DNA from: Chlorokybus atmophyticus
Taxonomy: Eukaryota > Plantae > Mesostigma and Chlorokybus algae
Assembly (NCBI GenBank): GCA_009103225.1
Contig: RHPI01002090.1
Location: 1,473,932 to 1,537,931 of the forward strand
Direction: 5' to 3'
Length of the DNA stretch: 64,000 nucleotides
This document shows positions 54,864 to 64,000 of this stretch, piece by piece. Each line of letters begins with the position of its first letter. Positions within the stretch are counted from its first letter, which is position 1. The notes beneath the pieces were generated by a model, which had not been told where the DNA came from, searched no databases, and was given only the letters and a program-made list of their open reading frames with translations. A program made the position numbers and the translations under genes.

Positions 54864-57800
54864 CTAGTTGACTAGTCCTGATTGCCAACTAACAGTAACG
54901 TCTGCAAAACCATTTTCAACTAGAGCAACAACAAACGCCTGCTCACCGCGTCCCGCTGCTACACTACATGATAGAGACCCACACAGTACCTGCGTTTCAG
55001 CGCCTGCAGCACTGCTCAAGCTTGACTCTGTAGCCCCCTTTCTGGCTACCGTCAGCACTGCTGACCCGCTGCCACCAATGTTACGGCCAATGTCTATGCG
55101 GATTGACGGCCGCGTCATGTCAATAGTAGCCTTCTCAATGCATCCGCCATCAACGGTGATTAACAGCCCGAGCGGTCCCACGAACAGCAAGCGGCGAAAG
55201 GCATCACGAGGTGCAACAGTGGCCTCAACGACTGAATCGCACGAGTCTGCTGTGGGAGGTTGCTGATGCTTGCTGACCAGCAGGTCACAATAGAAGCATA
55301 GCCAGCCAAGCATGGCATCGCAGGTGACATACGTCCCCGCATTCTTCCAGTGCCCGTAGAACCCCACCCCATAGTCAGCGCTGCAAACCAGTTCACTAGT
55401 AATCAGTAGAAGACGAGACACCTCAAGCAGGTGGCCAGGTGTCAATCCGCAGGAATCGTCATTCATCATTACCTGTAGCCATCTCGCCTCAGTAGGGAGG
55501 GATCTCCGTGCCACGCCATGCTGGGTGCGCCCTCGGGACCAATGTTTGTCAAACAGCCCATGGTGCCGGCCACGCCCACCCGCAGCAAGTATGTATCAGA
55601 CGGGTCTGTCTGGTACTGCTCCAGCAATGGGACTGCATTCAGCGGACTAGCGTAATGGTGGAGTGCGCGCTCATTCCCGATCTGCCATGCAAGACATAAT
55701 GAATGAAAGCACCACTGCACATAGGACGGTAGTAACTATGCGCTCACTACACCAAAGGGTTGCTTGACATATAGCGCATACCATGGTCTTGCCATTTATG
55801 AAAAAGTCCCACCAGCGCCGGGCTGAACCGCTGTAAGCCCAGTGCGGCAGCGGGGTGGCATAAGCAAGCACTGCTCGTGCAACAGCCTCTGCATCCTTGA
55901 CATGACCATAATGCGCCAACCAGCAGTATATCTCTTCATGCCCAGTGTTGTCCTGTGTACCCCAAAGTGCAGGTATAGTTAGCGCTTGAAACTGACGCAC
56001 ATTGCTTACATGCAGCATCTGGTTTGCCGCTGCATACCCATGGCATCTCAGAACCAAAAGGGAACGTCATACGCCGCCACTCAGCCACTCTCTCCTTCAT
56101 CACAGCATCTACAGCCGAGGCCTCGGATGACCAGCCCTCACGCTGAAGGTCCAATAACAGCTCCCTGTAAACGCTCCCCACCTACAATGACAATAAGATA
56201 GCTTTGCAATCCATACCAACAACAGGAGTGTCCAACAATACTTGTGCGTACCATTAGTCCCCAACGCGCCGCACCCCTAGCATGCTGCCACATGGCAACC
56301 GCAGTGGTGGCCGCTTGTTTGAGATACCACTGCCACCCGGCTCGTTGCGTGAGAGGTGGCTGCCACACGCGCCCGAGCCTGTAGAGTGCCCAGTAGACCT
56401 GCAGCAAGTCAATGACATTGCGTGAGGTGGGGCAGTAAAATCATATCGTACAGCGTGGCATGCATACCGCAGTGGGATGCGGGTAGTTGTATGCACGCCA
56501 CGTTTCAAGAGAGCGCTTCTCATCCCAGCAGATCTGCCAGTAAGGCGAACTGGTATTGCAGAAGTGGATGAAGTCGGGAGCCGCTGCCTTCATTTCCGGG
56601 GTATAATCCGCGCTGTACCAGAACAAGGAGGCCCTGACACCGCCATCAACCTTGGACTGCACACACGCATGACTCTCACTAGCTGGTACAAATGTTTTGT
56701 GCTAGTATCATCAGCAATCCAGCCTGTGCTTCAGACCTGCAAGAATTGTCTTCTGTCACCGTCCGCTGTCTGCAGTAGCGTTTCATGCACATAATCTTCC
56801 AGCTGTGCAACCTGCTTCCTGTCCGGCAGCCCGAGCTGCTTCACTGCCATAGACAATGGTGCTGCAGCCCCTGCTTCATCCGAAAGCCCACTGCAATACA
56901 CTCTGGGCTCCTCCAACACCTAATGCAATCATCAACCAAATGGCATGGCTGAAATATGCGATATTCAGCTATAGCGGTTCTCACCATAGCTTGGCGTTCA
57001 TTGTCATAACCCATGAATGACGAGCTTCTTCCCCACGGGTCATGCTTGCTCGCATCTAGCCACGCACGCTCTGCGTTGAGTTGGCCAAATTTCTGCACTT
57101 GTTCTATTGCGGGCGGCAGGACAAGGTAGTGTATGTACTGCCATCTCAGCGCCCCTTCCGCGTTTTTGTACACAAGCGTAACGCGGCTGCGACAACCATG
57201 TTGGCCAGTGTGTTCAACATTTCCTATGGTGATGTGGTACTCTTGCAAGATCTGACGAGGTCGCGAGTGACTGTGAACCAATGATAGCGTCATAGAATTC
57301 GCAGGCTCGACTTCAACGCTTGCAAGTGTCATTGCAAGCGGGATGCGCACAAACAGCCTCGATTGCTCCATGTCTGCAAGTAACATGTCAGTTGGTTGCC
57401 GTCCAGTGTCCTGAGAGGCTTGGTCACAACAGCACACACCTGTGTGCAGTATGAAACCTGGGATGCCGATTGCCACAGGATGTCCGGCAGAGACAAGCGT
57501 GTCCTCAACGCTTCGCGGGTCTGGAGCAATGAGCATGCGGATCCCAAAAAGCGCAGACTCTTTGTGCTTAAGCCTCCTCGATGTTGGGGCATTCCATGGC
57601 TGGGCTTTGTGCCACTCGTGCTTCGCGTATGCCAAGGAGTGCACAAGGACCTCATGCTGCCCCTCGAAAGTGAAGCTGAAATGAACAAGAGGAAGCATTG
57701 GATAGGCCCAATGCAAGTCCACCACTACTAAAGCAAGGACGAGGCCTCTTTCTGACATTCACGACATCAACCCCAACTAGCGAACTGTTACAAGCAACAT

Positions 57801-59804
57801 CAACACTGCCAAATCTGTGTCCAGTGTAAACTACAAGAACAGTTTCTCATGTTACCTGTGTATAGCAGCATCCTCGCCTTTCAGTGGCCTCCACGCTTCA
57901 AAATTCGTGCCCTCTGTAGGCAACAGGAGCAACGTTGGTCCTTCCCCATTGGCTCGTGTGACCTGAGAAAACATCATGTTTGCAGGGCTGCCGCGCTACT
58001 GACATAGCAGGCACAGTCGCAAGTTGGCGAACCCTGCCTGAATGTAACCATAATCACCACCGACGTACGGTTCCACAAATGAACACTGAATGGCGACTTC
58101 TTCCAGCTTGCGCTCTGAGAAGTACTGGTCCATTGGGATGCTGAAGCCTACTGCGCCCAGATCCAGCCCCTGCAGGCTGCCCGTGTTGGTGATGTTCCAA
58201 TGCAGGATGACCTCATCAGGGAGGCCGCCAGTAAGTGAAGGTTCAGACTTCGGTGGTGTCTCGAGCCAGCGCTCTATGCTGAATGGTGCTGAATCATCAA
58301 GCTGCATTGCCAAGTCTACATGGCCATGGACTCCAACGTCATCTGGTAGACGCGTCAACGCTGGTGGTTGGGGCAAGACTTTACCGCCTGCTAGAGCAAG
58401 CTGTGACCTCAATTCGTCTGTTGCCTTCTCTATTTGTTGACAGTGTTAACACATTCCATGCATGCAAACAGATATGCCGGTCATCGTTTGCACCTTGCGG
58501 CCGTTTCACGGTGCTGAATGTCACATAGTCCTGCGATGGGAGTGATCGCACGCGCAAAGTGCAGTCACCAAAATGATGGTACCCATCTGCAAGAGCACAG
58601 TCACCTGTCAATCGACATGCATGACTGACGCCAATGACCAGCACCAAGAGCTGTGCAAGGCACCTGGTGTCCTGTTCAGTGGTCTGGAGTCCATGCTCTG
58701 CGTAAAGCTGAAGACAGGGTGGCCGACGGGTGAAAGGACCTCCACAGTGGATGTTGTGGCCCGCAGCCCGATGTTGAAAGATGGCGTGCGCACCAGCTCC
58801 AGACCCCGTGCCTCATACCACTCGCGCAGCTGATCGTCCCTGATTACCACTCCCGACGTCCACGGGACTCCTGCAAAGCGAACCAGATCATCAGCACCCA
58901 GTGTTTGCACTGATATTACGACACATCTGTACCGGAAGTCACCTGGTCCAGCGTGTGACGAATCCGGCAAGGTGGGGTTGTCAATGTGTTTTAGCCAGCA
59001 CTGACCATGCTTCTCTCGACACTTGTCATGATCGCCGCAGAACACCCACGCGTTGCAAGGGATGCCATAGACATCAGCAGGAAAAGACGCGCATGACACG
59101 CAGCATGCGCTGCTGTTGGGTTGCAGGTTGTCTGTGCCAGCAAGCAGCGTCCGGCCTTGGTACTCCACACCCTTGTGTGCAGAACATCCAGACTTCCAAG
59201 CCGCCTTTAAGGAGAGATCTTGCATAGCTTGACTAGTTGCGTCCTTACTGCTCGAGCGTGTTTCAATACCAGCATTCTGCTTGTTGAAAGCAGCTGCTGT
59301 TATGTCCTGTGCCACATGCAATGCATGTTGTCCATCGTCCAGCTCAAGTGTAGTGGTTTTGGGATGCTGTTCAGGCAAGTTCCCGACACGCATGGCATCC
59401 TCTGTTTGCAGGTTCTTGCGACGGAGATCTCGATCGTGCTGCAGCAAGTGCTGCTCCACTGCAGCCAGCTGTGTGTTGAGCTTATTGAGCTGCTCACTGA
59501 GCAAGTTGAGCCGCTCTTTGCTGGCATTGTCCATGATCGCTTCTTTCTTGGATGCAGCAAGGTCACCGTCTCTCTGTTTGCTCTCTTGTTGTCGGGCATA
59601 ACCAGCCTTCATGTCGTCAACACTGTGTGTTGATGCCATCTGGGCATATGCGCGATGGCCCAGCATGGCCACAATGAACCATGTCACGGCTGCAAACGCA
59701 GCCAGTTGCAATGCCGTTATCACGCGCCGACGCTGCCAACTGGCTTGGTTGGGGGATCGGGGAGACGGACTGTACGCAGCCTGTTGTGGCTTGTTGAGCC
59801 TCAT
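54864..59804 (-). CDS. Membrane-anchored PAN/Apple-domain + DUF5695 (putative glycoside hydrolase-like) protein, multi-exon; possible extra 5' exon near 60400-60475
   Basis: N-terminal TM after RRR, coiled coil, Apple-like CCVSC...CNAWVFC...GQCWLK...WTSG, then DUF5695-type motifs WRAYNYPH, FGSEMPW|DNTGHEE, ERALHHYASPLNA, DYGVGFYGH. Confidence 0.75.
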
Positions 59805-61081
59805 TGTTCGGGGAATAAAGCAGAACAGCTTGCTAACACAGCGGTTGCATGTGGAGGAAGCCCATGTCACCTGCAGGACCGCAATGTTGAAGTTAAATAG
59901 TCATAAGCAACTGATCAGCGCTCCCTTTACGACACAAACAGACAACTGGTCTGTGCACGTGATAAAAGTACGTTTACAAAACACAACAGAAGCAACGGTT
60001 GGAAGTTGCATTGTGCTGTGCATGCAACGCTTACAAAGCCGCTTCACTGCAAATAACACTTTCGTGCTTGGAGGCTTGCCGACGGTGTCCATGCCTTTGT
60101 TGTGCAGTTTAAGAATAGTTACACCTGCTTAGCAATGCTTATTGCTATCAATGCTGATTGCTAACCTCATTCCGTCTTACCTGTTTGGATGCTCAGTGCG
60201 CTATGCTTGCGCTTTCACCGCACAGCGCTGCATACATTCCCGTCGCGCTGCAGCTGCAGTGTGGGCGCTTGCGGCGCCTTGTTCAGCAGCAGTATGCCAC
60301 AGTCAGACACGCATGAACGCTCAAGCGCTTGCTGTGTGCGTGCGTCCCTTCTGTCCCTCCAAGCACATTCAGCTACAAGCAAATTGGCAGCCCAGCACTG
60401 CTACCTGTCCCATCATCCAATTCCGCCTCAAACCCCCTCCGCCGCCGCCGCTGCTCCTCCCGGCCAGCGACATCGACACTGCGGCTGGCAAGTCACAGAG
60501 TGGAGCGGGCAAGTGTAGGGATGTTAGTGAGTTGGGGAGAATGCCGGCAAAAGTTATTGTTAAGGTTGCTTCTTGGTGTGTTCACCGTAGCGGTAGCTTA
60601 CAGTCTGAGCCTCAGAGTTTCAGCCTTAGACGACCTATCTCGGTCCAGATGTGCGTTGTTTTCCAGCCACGCAGGACTGTTTTTTGCTGTTCAAGGGTAT
60701 TTGGCAAGCCTACCATCTACATGTCTGCAGGTAGATTTCTCCATTTACTTGGAATTTTGTCTAGTATGCATCGCACCCGCACACCTTTAGCTGCAACCTG
60801 TTGAATGTGCATGCAGAGTGTGCCATGCCGCACTCAGGAAAACTGCTCTGTCCTCACATAGCATGCACACAAATTCATGACAAGTGTCTAAGGCACAGTT
60901 TGTTATTGGTGAGCGAATACTGCTGTCAAAACGTGCGCTTGTGGCAAGCAGGCAGCAAATGCAGGGCAGTTGGCCTCCTGAGACTCAATGTAAGCAACCC
61001 GCAAAACCAGCTTGCCACATAACCTAACTACAAGCGTACACCCTTTATGTACAGTATCCAACTGTGCAACCTGCAAGTATA

Positions 61082-62467
61082 CTACAAAGCGCCTGCAGCT
61101 TCCAGCCGCGCGCGCAACCTCGCCTGCTCATCTCCACGCAGCGGATCGGTCGGCTCCTCTTGCGAGGGCTCAGTCTCCGTCTCATCCAGAAACTCCTCCA
61201 CACCTTTTACCTGATCAAAGAGTTTAATCAGTATCGATAAGAGGAAAAAAGCCCTCACACGAGCAGCTGCTTCACTCCCATACACCTCTGGCACATAGTG
61301 CATGAGCATGTTTTCGATGCCCGTCTTCAGTGTGACGGATGAGCTCGGGCAGCCCGAGCACGCCCCTTGGAGCTTGAGGTACACCAGGCCGCTGTCTCTG
61401 CGTGACAAGGACAACATGTGTAATCATTGTTGAGTTGTTCATTCTGTTGTGCAGAAAACACAAAGTACGCGCCGAAGCACACTTACTGGTCAAAGCCTTT
61501 GTACGTTATGTCGCCACCATCTTCTTGCACCGCGGGGCGTATGCGCGTGTCGAGTAGTTCCTTAATCATGGCGACCGTCTCGTCATCATCCTAAGGGAGC
61601 AGAAACAGCAACTGATCACATGCTGCCTTCGATTCGCAACACAAACACAGTGCACAATATGTTGGTGATAACACGAGTACCTCAGAGATGGCGGTGTCGG
61701 CGGCATTCATCATCTCTTCATCCATAAGCAAAGGCTGCCCGGAAGTGAAGTGGTCCATGACGGAGGCAAATATCTCTGGCTTGAGCACCGCCCAGTCGAC
61801 ATCCTCGGTCTTTGTGACGCTGATGAAGTCAGATCCGAAAAACACCCGTGTCACACCTGCAAAAAGAACATGCACGACTTCATCACAGGTGATGTTGCTT
61901 ATGCTTGCATGTTGAGATACTGTGCATGCTGGACATGACTGTGTACTGTGGAATGCTGCCTACCATCTATGGCAAACAGCTTTTTAGCGAGCGGGGAAGA
62001 CATGGCGGCGCGCGCATTGGGGAAGTCTGCGCTGCCGGACTGCATGACCGCCTGGCCAGGAAGAAACATGAGACTCTGAGGGTTTGGGGTGGACTGAGTC
62101 TGGATGAACATACCCCGCCGTTGCACTGCAACCAAAGAGTACACAAGCGTTGCCATGACACAGTCATTAAGTTACGGAAAATGAAAAGTATAGAGAGTTG
62201 ATATCAAGCATGCAGCGCAAACATACTGTAAGTTACTGGCGTACCATGCATAGGGCTGAACACGCCATGGATCTGTCCCGGTCTAGAGCTTCTTTGCCCC
62301 AGCTGGCTGTGCCAGCTTGATGACGTAGCATAGCTGCAGCTCGCGGGAGCGCCCGAGAGCTGCGGCGCCGCAGTGGCTAGCAGACGCTGATAGGCTTCCC
62401 GCCTCAGCCTACCATGCCTGACAAGCAAGCACCTCAGAGCCCTCTCCACAGCCGTCCTTGCCGCCAT
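61082..62467 (-). CDS. NFU1: Mitochondrial NifU-like Fe-S cluster scaffold (NFU1/NFU4 type), multi-exon
   Basis: Arg-rich presequence, [75 protein letters not shown] (CxxC). Confidence 0.95.
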
Positions 62468-63062
62468 CGCCGCCGCTGCTGGCACTGCCGCTTAGCTCAG
62501 CAAGCCCTAATCCACCGAACAGAACGGCAACGACAATTGTCGCCGTTTAGCGATAGCGCGAGCTGTTGAAAAGCCCTAAGCTCGCGTCGCTCTTTTTTCC
62601 AGTCGTACGCGCTGCTTCCGATCTGAAACGTTTCGTCGCGCAGAGCGCCGTTGCGGCAACCATCGCTGGCGGGCATCGCCGAGAGCCGAGATGGAGGCCT
62701 CAATGCAGCGTATTGAATGACTCTGGGTCGCGCGCGCGCGCGCTCGCGGTTTTCAACAGCGTTTTCCGCTGCTCGCCAGGCGACCTGACACCAACTTCAC
62801 TCCGGGCGCGCGCGCGCGCGCACGCCCAGGGTCCACAGCAAAAAGGCATTTTTCCCGAAGCACTCCGCAGCGCTGCCGTGCATTGGCGGCGGCGGCGGCG
62901 ATGGCGTGAGTACAGGCGTCGTTGCTGTCAAGCGTCGATCCTATGTGAAAGGACGGTGTTGCGCCGCTGAGAGAAGGGTGTAAGGGGTCAGGGGCTGCGG
63001 GATTGTTCAGGTTGGGGGCTGGGAGTGTGGGTGGCGCGCGGGATTGAGTTGGGGATTTGGAC

Positions 63063-64000
63063 ATGAAGGCCTGGGCGCGGGGGCTGGTTTCTGGAAAGAA
63101 GCGGCGATACCAGCAGCACGGATTTGACCTCGACTTATCCTGTAAGGAAAACAACTCAGCAACAAACAAAAAAGACTGTCAATTGACAACCTTAGCCTCA
63201 AGCGAGAAACATGTGTACCAAACTTCATGTCGAGATATCTTAAGGAGAAAACCTTCAAAAGCCTGCTCTGTTGTTTTTTGCTTTCCGCGCTATGTGCAGA
63301 TATAACAGAGAGGGTGATAGCGCTGGGTTTCCCCGCGGAGGGCGCGGAGGGCGTTTACCGCAATCCCCTCAGCGAGGTTGCCCGCTTCCTGCGCACCCGC
63401 CACGACGGCCACTTCCGCGTCTATAACTTGTAATCACCCACATCTGCGTGTGCTCTGTAGTATGATGCGGTGTGAGGATAGATGCTGTGCATGCGCACTT
63501 TGTTTTGTGCATCTGCACTCCACTGGCTGCTACTGGTGCTTGACTCTGGTCACGTGTTTCTCTCAACACGTCACACGATAACATGAACTATGTTCTCGAC
63601 ACAGCTTGATGTTACAAACAGTGAATATACAAAAAAAAAATAATGAGATGACGACAAGAATTGCCATCACATGGGGGCACACACGCACGCACGCGCAGAC
63701 CCATGCAAACACATGCGCCAGACATTGAGCAAATCCTGTCAGGCAAACAGCAAACCCAGCCAGGCAACGGCGCAGTCTCTGCATGTCATCACTTGTCGTC
63801 ATTGGCATGGGATTGGTCGTGCACAACATACTATTCTCATCGTCAACTGCTGTGGTTGTCTCATCAGGTGCTCAGAACGCGGCTACGACATCGCCAAGTT
63901 CGACGGCAATGGTAAGGATGACAGAGCGTCCTGAGGAGGCAGAAGATAGAAAACACTTGACAATACTGACACACGTTGTGCAGTTGAGTGCTTCCCCTTT
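63063..64000 (+). CDS. PTEN: PTEN-like phosphoinositide phosphatase, 5' part only
   Basis: MKAWARGLVSGKKRRYQQHGFDLDLS|YITERVIALGFPAEGAEGVYRNPLSEVARFL...YNL|CSERGYD. The catalytic CX5R motif is outside the window. Confidence 0.9.

Noticed and set aside
60142-60804. 220-aa plus-strand ORF
   Set aside because: No recognisable domain, Cys/Ala-rich like other shadow ORFs, and more likely the 5'/promoter region of the minus-strand DUF5695 gene.

Overview
Intron-rich eukaryotic nuclear DNA, probably from a green alga or early streptophyte (inferred from plant-like orthologues, fused DHFR-TS and short GT-AG introns). It has five assembly gaps plus one single N. Genes are tightly packed and mostly alternate in strand. 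In order: Furry (5'-truncated), MCM3, a prolyl-hydroxylase-like 2OG-Fe(II) oxygenase, IMP4, DHFR-TS, an orphan gene, CTC1, tRNA-Arg(CCT), ERCC1, a secreted lipoxygenase, an SLC25 carrier, RMI1, a PAN/Apple+DUF5695 protein, mitochondrial NFU and PTEN (3'-truncated). Between CTC1 and the tRNA lies a nest of mobile elements: a full-length but decayed Ty3/Gypsy chromovirus (LTRs, 5-bp TSD, PBS and PPT all visible) and nested TA-flanked Tc1/mariner-type MITEs. The most unusual features are (1) a ~135-aa extra domain between Gag and protease that resembles a catalytically dead N6-adenine methyltransferase, (2) an LTR U3 built from a chain of hairpins, mutated asymmetrically by non-CG C-to-T changes, (3) a perfect 26-bp foldback downstream of the lipoxygenase, and (4) two secreted or membrane enzymes of microbial/fungal type. 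All family assignments come from motif recognition by eye; no searches were run. Gene spans include introns.
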